DNA of 64,000 nucleotides, taken from positions 82,462,001 through 82,526,000 of the forward strand of contig NC_045696.1 in NCBI RefSeq assembly GCF_009834535.1, written 5' to 3'. Every line of letters starts with the position of its first letter. The first letter of the stretch is position 1. Of the stretch, positions 1-10,842 are shown piece after piece. The notes beneath the pieces are model-generated. The model was given only the letters and a program-made list of their open reading frames with translations. It was not told the DNA's origin and made no database searches. The stretch is from Camelus ferus. Lineage: Eukaryota. The position numbers were made by a program, and so were the translations under genes.

Positions 1-46
1 CGAATGTAACCAACTTTGGAGGATTCGTTGTTTGAGTTGCAATTGG

Positions 47-105
47 AAAAAAAAAAAACCACCAAAAATCAAAAACCAAAAAAAAAAAAAAAAAAACCAA
101 ACAAA
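47..105. repeat. A-rich low-complexity tract (poly-A / CAAA)
   Basis: Runs of A interrupted by C/CC, seen directly. Confidence 0.85.
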
Positions 106-459
106 CCCTAACTTCATCTTTTAAGATGCCAGTGGAATGTCTCCTAGCTATTAAATTATGTTCCCTGAAATTGAGATTTCCAGAAGCAACTGGATTATGA
201 GCACACCGGGATGAAGTAGTCTATCTCTGTGGATAGTTGTCTGGCTGTGTGTGTGGGGGGTGATTTTATGGATGTTTACTTATTTTTAGCAAGTGGTAAA
301 AGCTGTACAAGGCTTACTGAGTTCATTATACACTTCCCAAACAGATTAATGAAGCAAACATTTTACCACTAATATACTAGTAATCTCAATAGTACTTGTG
401 ATAAAAATGCTAGTAGAAATAACTTTTAATTAAGCCTTGAAATAAAGAAGCAAACTCAT

Positions 460-590
460 GTGTTTGTTCATCCAGCTCATATTATCATGAGCTTCCTATG
501 TATAAGCACTATCTAGGGCCAAATAGGGGAACACTATGATGAATAAGACAGGGGTTGTTGTGTTAACTTTATAGTTGGCTAGGGGAGCCC
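460..590 (-). mobile_element. L2 LINE 3' end fragment
   Basis: ttcatccagctcatattatcatgagcttcctatgtataagcactatctaggg...gatgaataagacag resembles the reverse complement of the L2 3' terminus. Confidence 0.55.
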
Positions 591-764
591 TGAACATGGT
601 GATAAAAGGCATATTGAGAAAGTTAAGCCAAGGTCACAACTCTTCCTAATACATCTCTAGCCTGCCTTTCTTTTGTTTAGATAAGTTCAGATATTTGTGC
701 AAGATGATGTCTTTTATAAACACATGTATAGTGCTTACACTATGGGCCAGAAACTTTCTGAAAA

Positions 765-890
765 CTGTAGAGATGTATGGTTATTAACCCCCATTTTACA
801 GATAGGAAAATTGAGGCACAGAGAGGTTGGATAACTTGCCAAATTCACAGGAGGAGAAAGATTTGAACTTAGCAGCCCAGCTTGAGTCTT
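765..890 (-). mobile_element. MIR SINE
   Basis: MIR core reverse complement: cccattttacagataggaaaattgaggcacagagagg...taacttgccaaattcaca. Confidence 0.85.
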
Positions 891-1491
891 CCCAGGCACT
901 GTGCTGGGCTGTCTCTCCAAAGTGGTTGCAAACATTGGTACAAACCAAAGAGAAGTGTGAGACACGGACTGCTTATTAGCTGGCAGACTGGTCTCTATCA
1001 TTTTGGGCTGTGTGAATACATGCTTGTCCTGTCCTTCTCAAGCAGTCATGTGCTTTTGAACTGTGGAAATCAAATTGCTATAAACATTTGAAAAGAAACA
1101 TGGGAAAGAGTTATCCAAAGGAATCCAACATGGGTAATGTGAAGACTCTTTTATACAATAAGCACCAAGCCTTTTGTTTATCTATTGTGAGGTGTAGAGT
1201 TTCCTTTTTCTTTTTTAAACATTGGGCATTTGTTTATATTGCTTTTATTGATTTGAAATTAATCCAAGGGTGTTTATGCACAAGGGTAGCTCCTGGCCTT
1301 GATTTAGGAGGAAGATTTACTGCTAGAGGAAACATAAAGCCCTCTTTAAGTGAAAGAGGACTATTGGATGGGCATCCTTAAAATCTAGTCTTTCACTGAG
1401 GGTTATGGGAGTGTGTACATAGATACATCTCTCTCTCCCTTTCCTGAAGCCATTGTGAATATATGCTCATCAGAAATTCCTGTGCTTTAGT

Positions 1492-1522
1492 TTGTGTGTA
1501 TGTATGTGTGTGTGAGAGAGAG
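1492..1522. repeat. compound (TG)n(AG)n microsatellite
   Basis: tgtgtgtatgtatgtgtgtgtgagagagag seen directly. Confidence 0.8.
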
Positions 1523-1764
1523 ACTGACATTAAGGGAAAGGAGAGATAGGGAAGAGAAGGGAAAGTAAATGACGAATCATGGAGGAATGAGCTGAATTCA
1601 TGGATATGTGAGTTCATCAGTTTTTATAAGTAAAAAGATTACAAGCACCATTTTTCTTTTCCTATCCCATTAGCTCTAAAAAGGAAACTAAAACCTACTT
1701 GTCTAGTTATACTTAGAAGGATATTTAATGAGGGGCTGAACTTCACCTTAGTTCCTTCCCACCA

Positions 1765-1851
1765 GGTACTCTGCTTTATTCATTTCCCCCTCAGTGCCTG
1801 GGAGAGAGCCTGGCACAGAGCAGGAGCCCAGCGGATGGATGTGGAATGAAT
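1765..1851 (+). mobile_element. L2 LINE 3' end fragment
   Basis: cagtgcctgggagagagcctggcacagagcaggagcccag...gaatgaat matches the L2 3' terminus. Confidence 0.65.
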
Positions 1852-2739
1852 ACACCTAGAGGCCCTGGCTTCTGCAGAAAATGCTCTACACCTTCAGAGA
1901 AGAGACCTTCTCCTCACCGCAGACTGCAGTCACTGGCCAGATGCCACATTGTCCTTGAAGTCAGGCTGCTCCACTGAACTCACAGGCTTTGAAGCAGAGG
2001 CCTGCTCAGGAACCCAGCGGGAAGCCTTGTGTCTGTGACCCGGGCCCCGTGGGTAGTGTCAGGAGATTACAGTGTCCTTGCTCCAAGGCCAGAGATGCAG
2101 GCCCAGATTACTCAGGGTCACAGGTCCACATTCTTGAATACAACAGGAGCATTAATTAGTGACAATTACCTATTGGAAAAAAGAAGTCGAGTCCTAAGTG
2201 CTCCTTCCAAAAAACTTAAAGACAGAAGGAAGCTTCTAACAATGGGTCATAGGAGATGCATTTCCGTCCTGATGTTAAAAACAAGGCACTGTCTAATTGA
2301 TGAGTAGTGGGGGCTTGCAGAGACGCTTTGATGAACCATCTCCTGCTTCCTGATATTGTGACCCCCTCAACAAACACTGACAAATAAAACCAGCATGCTT
2401 TCAATATAAATGAGGGCACACTATCTGAAGAGATGCTTCGTTCTCAGGATGTGGTTGAAATCCTGTTATGAATAAGGTTTACATCCTTGCCACTGAAATA
2501 ATATTTTTGTACTGTGGAAATCAATGGTAAGGAAAAAAAACCGGACAGTTCACCCAATATGTAAACAATTTAACTTTGATGTAATATCTTGCTTGCTGGA
2601 TTTGGTCCTGGGGAAAGTCAAAGAACGTGTCACTTAGCCTATCTCTCTCTCCCTTTTCTCTCTCTCTTACCCATCTAACGTCTCTCATCTTCTCTTACAT
2701 TGGGTAGCATTTTGATCATGAATCCAACCCGGAACGGAG

Positions 2740-2815
2740 TTTTGTCAGAATTTCTGTTTGGTCATGTAGCTCTTTTTTTTTGTCAGAATTTCTGTTTGGT
2801 CGTGTAGCTCTTTTT
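2740..2815. repeat. 38-bp tandem duplication (2 copies, 1 mismatch)
   Basis: ttttgtcagaatttctgtttggtc(a/g)tgtagctcttttt at 2740-2777 and 2778-2815. Confidence 0.95.
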
Positions 2816-3534
2816 TCTCCTGGAGTAATCCTTAGGCATCTAGGATTTTGTTAACTATGATTTAAAATAGAGCCAAGAGAGATTTGGTCTGAGGGAAGGT
2901 GAGAGCGTGTATTTTGTCAAGTTGCAAACTTGCCGAGAATTTGTGGATACTACGTTTCAAACAGAACTCAAATCTTTTGAGGCTCAAGTTCCATTTGCTC
3001 TTGGCAAAACACAATTTCCTGGTTCAAAAGAAAATAAGCACATAAAAAAGGGCCCCCAGCTTCTTGGACATCAAAGCATAGGAGACACTCTTATAAAAGA
3101 GCATTTTGATGATTTTTAGATCATAGTAACCAGGAACATACAGATTAAAACTACCCTTGAACTACATTTAAATTAAAAAAAAAAAAATCCAAGGGCAAAG
3201 ATGTTGGCAAAGTACATTGCACTTTGGATGTTTTTGCCAAAAGTGAGACATTTTAGTTAGTTTTCCTGCTCTCTCCTCAACTGAATTTTTTTGGGTAAAA
3301 TCTCAGCTATGTCAAATTCCATTCCAGCTTCTTCCTGGTGTCCACTAAACCTCATACCTAAAAGGGTAGTCAAGATCCCTTTGAACCAACAGTTTCTTTG
3401 AAAATTATATTTATAATATTATTTACTGTTTAAGCAACTTTATGGGTTAATGTATCCTTGTACATAGGACCAAATATTGGCCAATCGATCAGTTAAAAAA
3501 TACACTGTTTAAAAAAAAATCATTCTACTTGAGT

Positions 3535-3750
3535 GGTTGGTTCTCAACTATGGGTAGTTGTGATCCCCATGGGACACCTGGCATATCTGGAGACACTTTT
3601 GATTGTCATAACTGAGGGGTGGGGTGCCTATTGGCATCTAGTGGGTAGAGGCCGGGGATGCTGCTCAACAGTCTCCAATGCACAGGAGGCCCCCACAGCA
3701 AAGAATTAGCTTGCTCACAATTTCAATAGCACCAATGTGTAGAAGCCTTG
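3535..3750 (+). mobile_element. MER20 (hAT-Charlie non-autonomous DNA transposon), near full length
   Basis: ggttctcaac...tctggagacacttttgattgtcataact...ggcatctagtgggtagaggccggggatgctgct...aatgcacagga...caaagaatt follows the MER20 consensus. Confidence 0.9.
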
Positions 3751-4499
3751 TTCTAGACTCTAAGAGAATCATCGACACTTAGCATCTTTAGATACTTGCC
3801 TTTTATCCCATCCAAACTGATGTGCGTTACTGATTTCTGGGTGCAGATTATTGGATTGGAGGAAAAGGGGAGAAGAAGAATTGGAAGAAAGAACATGATA
3901 GCTGCAAGGCTAGGTTAATCTTTCAGATCCCGAGGTTAAATATATCCCATCATAACTAAGGAAAATAAAATATTTCTTTAAAAGTTAAATAATGATTCTG
4001 AGGCCTGAGATGGTTAGATGTTATAAGAATGTTCCTCAAGTCAGAAGGAAAGCAGTAGAAACAGGATGTGTTAATGTATCAATTGTTTGTCATTGTTTGT
4101 TTTTATATGTTATTACGTGCAACCCCCAAGTGAGGCTGATGCAACACTCCCATTCTTTATAACTGCCTGGCTTGCTTGTTTTGCCCCCATTGGAAATCGT
4201 TCCATCATTCATTCATTCAGCAGACATTGATGCACCCTTGGAAAGGGCAGGAGTCAGGGAAGAAATGTGTGAATGGAAGCCTTCCTAGGCCTGATTGAGA
4301 TCTGCAGAACCTTGTTGAGAAGTCAGCTGAGGCAGAAGCGCAAGACCCCTTTCTGTCTTGCAATCCAGCATAATGCATGGGTTTTCTGGATAAATGGTGG
4401 CAGTGGCTAGAAATTGTGTTCGTCACTCTTTGGGAATTTGCAAATATCTGTAACTACCATGCAAGTGGTGTCCCAGGAGACAGAGCCGTACCCTTTGGG

Positions 4500-4680
4500 G
4501 AGGGTTTCCTAAGCTTAGAACCACCTGAAACATCTGTCCCAGACCACAACAGCAACATGTCAACAAAAACAGATTCCTGGGCCTCACCTCAGTTCTCTTA
4601 CTCAGAATCTCCAGGAAGAAGGGGTGTTCAGTCAAGTGCCATAAGAGATTCTCATCATTATGCAAGTTTGAAAAGCTCTC
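4500..4680. mobile_element. MER5-family (hAT-Charlie) fragment
   Basis: cagattcctgggcctcacc...actcagaatctcc...gattctcat...gcaagtttgaaaag is MER5-like. Confidence 0.55.
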
Positions 4681-4769
4681 CTTGTAGGACTTGTAAACCA
4701 GGAAACTTTCAGAGGGAACCTGAGTGCAGAGTCCCATCGATAGACCTACCATCACCACCGAAGAACAGA

Positions 4770-4885
4770 CTCCTTCACTCCTTCATCCAGCAAACATCTG
4801 TGGCACACCTGTTGGTCTAGAGGCTGGGGGTACTGTGAGCAAGACCGACAAGGTCCTTGCTCTCACAGAGCTTATGTTCGGGTTC
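4770..4885 (-). mobile_element. L2 LINE 3' end fragment
   Basis: ttcatccagcaaacatctgtggcacacct...ctagaggctgggggtactgtgagcaagaccgacaaggtccttgctctcacagagcttatgttc. Confidence 0.75.
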
Positions 4886-5054
4886 GCAAATGAGAACTGA
4901 AGAAGTAGCTGTAGAGTATTTTACCTGAGAAGTTCCTTTTCTAATGCAGATTGGAAAGGCAGAAAGAGGCTTTGCATTATGGAGACATATAGCAAGATAC
5001 TCCCTGTAATGCACAAGTACCCAGCAAATACACTTCTGGTGTTCAGAAATACCT

Positions 5055-5245
5055 ATTATACTATTTGTGTGAACTTGGGAAACTCACTTCATGTCTCTGC
5101 ATGCAGTATCCCCATCTGTAGAATGGGGACAGACACATGATCCACCACACAGAGTTGTGAGGAGTAAATTAATCAATACTTGTAGAGTTCTTATGCTGGT
5201 ACTTGTCCTAGGGAAACACAATAAATATCATTTGCTGTTATCATC
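5055..5245 (+). mobile_element. MIR SINE
   Basis: tgtgtgaacttggga...ccccatctgtagaatgggga...agagttgtgaggagtaaat...caataaat. Confidence 0.8.
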
Positions 5246-7220
5246 CTTATCATTGTCATCATCATTATTTTATTCTCTCCCTCTCTTCTTCAACCAAATC
5301 CCATGATTCCCAGTCTCACTGATGGAGAAAAAATATGTTTGGCGACCTTAGCAGATTGTATTCCTCTGTTTACTCAATCATCCATTCATGTATATGAATG
5401 GCCAATCTGCCTCATTCAGGGCTTGGATTACTAAAACTAAACTAAAAAGCTAGTTAGCAGTGGAGTAATTAGCTCCATTCAGGTAGGAAGTGATTAAGAG
5501 AGTACAGGTAAAATATTCTGAGGGTTCATGTGGGAAGAGAGGAAATTGGGATACCCTCTGGGGAAATGGAGTAATCAGTATATTCTGGGAAAATATAGTA
5601 AGGACCAAATAAATGAATTGAATTGAGTTGACTTGAATAATTCTCTATCCTCCCTCCAAGCCATGCCATAAATGTAGAGTAGAAATATCAAATTTCTTAG
5701 AAACAATTGGGCTAAACAGGTCTTCATGGGCTAGCTTGGGCACCTAACAGCTACCGATAATGGAATTTCTATGGGAAAGCATGCTCTTGCATTCCCAAAA
5801 CCAACACAAGTGGTCATTTGACTTGCTGCTTGTTTGTGAGGGAGGTGGATAATTTGAATTCATTGTTGATTAGAAAGGAAAATGAGTAGGGTTTGAAACT
5901 TCTTGTTTGCATGGTGTCTCATGTGTCACCTTCCAATCGACATGTCTCACATGTACTAAGACCTTTTATAGACGCTTAAACAGTGCTGTTCAACTCTTAC
6001 TTTATTCCTTTCCCACCAGTTTGCATTTAGCTTATCTGAACTTTGGTATGTCATTTGGAAATTGGGCTATGTTTTCCTTGCTTAAATTGAAAAAAGAAAT
6101 GATTAACTGAAAAAACACTGCACATTACTCAGGTTTAATTATGTTTGTAATACATCACCTGGTGATATGGGGCAACTTCTTGCTGTTCATTTTCCATCAT
6201 GCGTTTCTCGTAACATATGGTCCTCGTGAAATAGTTTTGATTCAGAGTCCCCAGTAGCATATGGTGGAAAAAAAAAGCCCCTCAAGTCAAATGCAAAGTA
6301 AAGGCCAGCCTCTGTGCCCCAGAGGAGCCTCCATCGACTGCAAGCCAGCCAGCCCGGAATCTGAATTGGTGTCAGGGTTTCACTCATCATGAAGATTTTA
6401 CATTTGGTTTGGGACTTTGGAGCATGAGGTTCTGGATGTAAAAGTCAGAAGAGATATGGCTTTTGTAATGTCTGCAGAGATTCCTGTGTCGATAAGGTCA
6501 GCGGAAAGTTAATAGATTTTTATCTTCTCATCACATGAACTTAATATAGTGCAACTGTTTGGTGGGGGTGGGCTGGTGGAATGGGTGGGAATCCCATCAT
6601 GCTTCTCAGATTTTTCACAAAGGATGTTTTAGGTATTTAAGTGCAGTTTTGCTTAAGGTTAAAAAAAAATTTCTCTCTAACATTTAAATGATGAAACTCC
6701 TAGAAAAACTTTATTTAAATGCTGTGCAGCAACTCTGGCTGAAAACACGTATCATCAGAGCAGAACATGTTTTTCCTTTGTGCTGGTTATTCAATTACAT
6801 AGAAGTAGGAAAACCTTGCATTTATGGTGCTTTAACAGAATGTGAGCTGGTTCCACTGAAATGCTGTCAAGCAAATGCTCTGAGCCAGAAGGCAGTTCCA
6901 TTAGGGCTGCTTCATTCTTCCACCAGACTCTTAGTGACGACTGTGTGCCTGCCTGCCTTGAAGGAAAGGCCCTTCTGCCAGGCACTGGCACACGCCTGGA
7001 AGGTCCAATTGAGGGAGGGAGGTGTGTATGAAACCTGCCACCCAGCCCAGCTCTCAGAGGGAACCTGGGGGGATGCAGGAGAAAAACCACCAGGCTGTGT
7101 CCAAAAGCCACCTTTGAAAACCTCGAAGCCATACTCCCTTCAGACCAACCCACTGACTTGACATATGCTCCCTCACGGCCACTCTGACCACGCTGCCCCA
7201 ATAGGCCATCAGAGTGGATT

Positions 7221-7239
7221 CTGCCACCTGGGGGTGCTC
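7221..7239 (+). promoter_or_regulatory. candidate CTCF motif
   Basis: ctgccacctgggggtgctc resembles the CTCF core CCACCAGGGGGCGC with two core mismatches; motif match only. Confidence 0.35.
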
Positions 7240-8309
7240 GCCGTAGGATGCAGCAAAGCTGGGAGCCTGAAATGCAAGGAAAGTCCATGAAGGGACAGCG
7301 CTGGGTCAGACTGACTAGCAGGCCTCAGCGATCAAACACGTCACACCTGTCTTGGCCACTGGTGCAGGTGTTCTAGGTCAGCTCTCACTGTGGTTATCAA
7401 TCGCTGACAGTTGACAGTTTAATTTTACACCACAAGTACCTCATTACTTGTGTAGGCACTTGAAGAACATGTGGGCACTGGATCGGATCAGTGATCAATG
7501 ACAAAGGTTGCAGAGGGTGCAAGTGGTAGCAGTGAAACTGAAGGTCTCCGTGCACGAGTTGGCAGCGGTGGGGGTACATGACAAGGGGAGTTTAACTGAC
7601 AAACAGTCTGTCAGGTTGAAAAGGATGGAGATTTGCCAGGGAGCTAGCTGGAGATTATAACGTATATCTCTTGATTTGAGGGAAAGGAAGGGCGGAAATC
7701 CTTATCCCAAGCAGAGCCCTCCTTTCTTGAAAGTGCTTACGCAAATTTCATGAATGTGTGGGACTGTAAATTTTTATTCTATGAGCATTTATCTCATGAC
7801 ATAGATCCACCAGGTGTTTAGGAATTTAAGATTAGTAGGGTGCAGTGATGCTATTTTATAGAGATATGTGTGTGTGTGTGCACATGTGTGTACATACATC
7901 ACCTCTACCAAACCAGACCATTGCTGTTTTAGATTGCCCTGCAGCAGCTCATTGTGGATATTCAATAATAAGAAAGTTGTTCCATATGAGCCCTTTTATT
8001 CTTATCAATACAATTCATGGTCGACATCACCAAAATAGATTGCTTTATGGTGGTAGGAAAAAAAAATCCATTCTTTCAAGTGTCTTTTATGGTGGTATTT
8101 TAATAAATTCTTTGCCATTTTCCTCTCCCCTCAACTTTTTATTTTCTAAAAAGGAGTCTTTTTCATATTCTTTTCCTTATAAAAATCTTTCTGTTGGTGT
8201 TGTTATTTTCTTAAAAGGCACTGACTTAAAGGAAAAGGCCACATGGCACGAGTTTTATTCCTGAGCACATGCCTTGTCTGTTGGAGTAAGATTGACTGGG
8301 TGCATGGTC

Positions 8310-9070
8310 CATGGTATAGTAGAATGAAGATGGGTTTTCAGACTTACAGACGAGTTTGAGTTCCACCTCTGCAACTTCCTGCTGTGGTGCTTGGGCGAAT
8401 TACTGACAGCAATAATGCATTATTTGTTTTAAAAAAATAAAGTATCATAATATAAGATTGTTGAAAGGGCTAAGTGAGGTAAAATGGCAGAGACTGCAAA
8501 TTGCCTCCAATATCTATTCCCCTCCTCTCTCCTTTTAATAACACAACCACCTGAACTCTAGTTAAGAGTATGGCCATTCAGTTATTGGTTACATTTCCAG
8601 CATCCCTTGGAGTTAGTTAGATATGGCCTTACCATTAGGGTTCTGTCCCATGGAATGTGAGCAGAACTGTCTTTAAATTATCTGCAGTTTAGAAAAGGAA
8701 GCTACCTGTTCACCATTTCCTCTCCCCCTCCCCCTTCCTATAGGCAGGAAAGTAGACTGATGACAGTGAGTCAGCTCTGACCCTGTTGGTGAGAACACCA
8801 CCCTACGAAATGACAGAGCAGTAAGCTAGGAGGAATCTGGAACCCTGGGTGACCTTGCCAATTGGAGCTGCCTACCTGCCTGGCAGTGATGCCTGCCCCA
8901 CTCTGGACTGTTACGTGAGAAAAAGCACACTTCTCTCGTTTATGCCACTGTATTTTGGGGTCCCTTTGTTATAGCAGCTTAGCCTATATGCTAACTGATA
9001 CAACTAATCTATGAAAAGCACCAAACAGTAAGTAGGCTGGTACATAGCAACACATCAACATACCTATTGT
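8310..9070 (+). mobile_element. MIR SINE split by an MLT1 LTR (pieces ~8310-8482 and ~9003-9070)
   Basis: The 5' part (gtatagtagaatgaaga...gagtttgagttccacctctgcaacttcctgctgtg...) resumes after the LTR as taatctatgaaaagcac...ctggtacatag. Confidence 0.65.
8483..9002 (+). mobile_element. MaLR solo LTR, MLT1J-like
   Basis: Starts tggcagagactgc, contains acatttccagcatcccttg and ggaatgtgagcagaa, ends gccactgtattttggggtccctttgttatagcagc...ctaactgataca. Confidence 0.85.
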
Positions 9071-10416
9071 TGAAAACAATGTATATTGTTTCATTTCTAA
9101 TCAAGGTAGTGAATACTACATGTAATGCGTTAAATATTAACCAGAAGGCATCTGCTTAGTGGGTTAGCCTGGGTTAAATAATCATTCTTTTTTCCCCTCT
9201 AAACTGGTCTTACCAGTCAACTGTCACCTGTCTGGAAACAGTTCACCGTTTCAGGTTACTGTGGTTTCTGTCCAGAATCATGTCCCTCACTCTGTGATAT
9301 TTCCCTCAAGATTTGGGGGAATGAATGAGTTTCACTTTTCCTTGCAGCATCAAGTGCACTATGTCATTTATAAACCCTAGTTTACCACAGTTACTTACCA
9401 TCTGTTATCCATGGCCTCTGCTTTAAAAAATGGGGTAAAGTTTAGGACGTGATAATTTCTAGAAAAAGAGGCACAACATTCCAGAACACCAATCAATACA
9501 CTGATGATTTAGAGTCCATAGGCATCTCAGGGTGACCTAGATCACTTTTCACTGGGACCTTCCCTTCACCTGATCACACAGCAGTCTCGTCCCTCTCTGC
9601 CTCTCTTTTCCTCATCACCACCCCTTCCTGGGGGCACTCTTTCTGTCTTGCTCAATCTTATTGTCCAGCAAAAACTGGCATCCTCCAGAACTGTCCACTT
9701 TTAACTATAGCACCCAGGACTAAGAAGGTGACTGCTCCCCATTGCTGTGGCTCGGATAAAATTTTGTTACTTCATTTCTCTTCTGGAGTCAATGTCTAGT
9801 AGCCCATCCCTGCAGAAAAAAAGAAGAAAAACTAGCATGTGTCCGAGTTTGGAAATATATAACTCTGCCTTTTTTTCCTTTGTGTAGTTTCCTTTTAGTT
9901 CAAATAAAGCTTAAGGGACATGACGGCTACCATAAAATAGCTGAAAGGGTTTGTTTTTTAGGGGTGGGATTAAACTTACTCTGTCTGGAGCTCAAGGCTC
10001 TGTCTCGGTCCACTGGTTGGAAGTTACATGGGAGGCAATATAGGTCATCTTCCTTCCTTGAATGGTACCTTTGAGTCTGGGAATCTGAAAGCCAGGCTAT
10101 CTTATAGGCATTTCCGCAATTGGCTAACGCTCCCACTCAGAGTTTCTGACCTTTCATCCTTATCGTGCTGCCTTGGAATTTATATGTGCTTCTCCATGGT
10201 ATCTTCAATGAAAGACCAGTGTTTGTTCAATTCAAGCAGAAGGAGATACTAACTTCATTCTATCTTAAAGATGACTTGTGTGGGGATACGTAAGGGAAAG
10301 GGAGGAGGGAGATCACCAGAGAGGACTGTTTCTATAGCCTCAATGTCCTGCAGCTTCATTTTTGGTCATCAAGTGCCCAGTTTTAGGGGCTGAGAGGTTT
10401 CTCTGTTATATTTCAA

Positions 10417-10435
10417 CTTCCTCTAGAGGGCAGCT
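10417..10435 (+). promoter_or_regulatory. candidate CTCF motif
   Basis: cttcctctagagggcagct; CCTCTAGAGGGCAG fits the CTCF core CC(A/T)SYAGRKGGCRS; motif match only. Confidence 0.45.
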
Positions 10436-10764
10436 GATGGAAGGGTACTCTGCAAGTCCCTCCTGTGTCTCTTAAACAGTTGTAGGGCCCCTTCATTGGA
10501 TTGTGCTGTCAAGGAGCCTGCTTCAGGTGGCAGTGGGGAAGCAAGTCCCAGACTCCTCCCCAGGGGTCAGAGAGGCCGGCCTGGGACCATCCCATCTCCT
10601 TGGCTCCCTGTGTCTTCAGTTGTGTGACCCTGCTGTCTCACTGCTCCCCTTGCAAAATTCCAGTCCTCCAGTCCAGTTTTCTGCCTGGCTGCTTCCACAG
10701 GGCTCAGGGGCACAAATGCAAAACAGTCCTGGCCAGAACTGTTCTTCCAGCCCATCATTAACAA

Positions 10765-10842
10765 GGTATGACCTTGGGCCAGTCATTTAACCTCTCTACA
10801 CCTCAGGGTTTTCATCTGTGAAATGAGAGGCATGAACTAAAT
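10765..10842 (+). mobile_element. MIR SINE core fragment
   Basis: tgaccttgggccagtcatttaacctctct...cctcagggttttcatctgtgaaatgag. Confidence 0.8.

Noticed and set aside
6688..6742. Box C (ATGATGA) and box D (CTGA) pair suggesting a C/D snoRNA
   Set aside because: Short, with no convincing terminal stem, no C'/D' boxes and no recognisable rRNA/snRNA guide.
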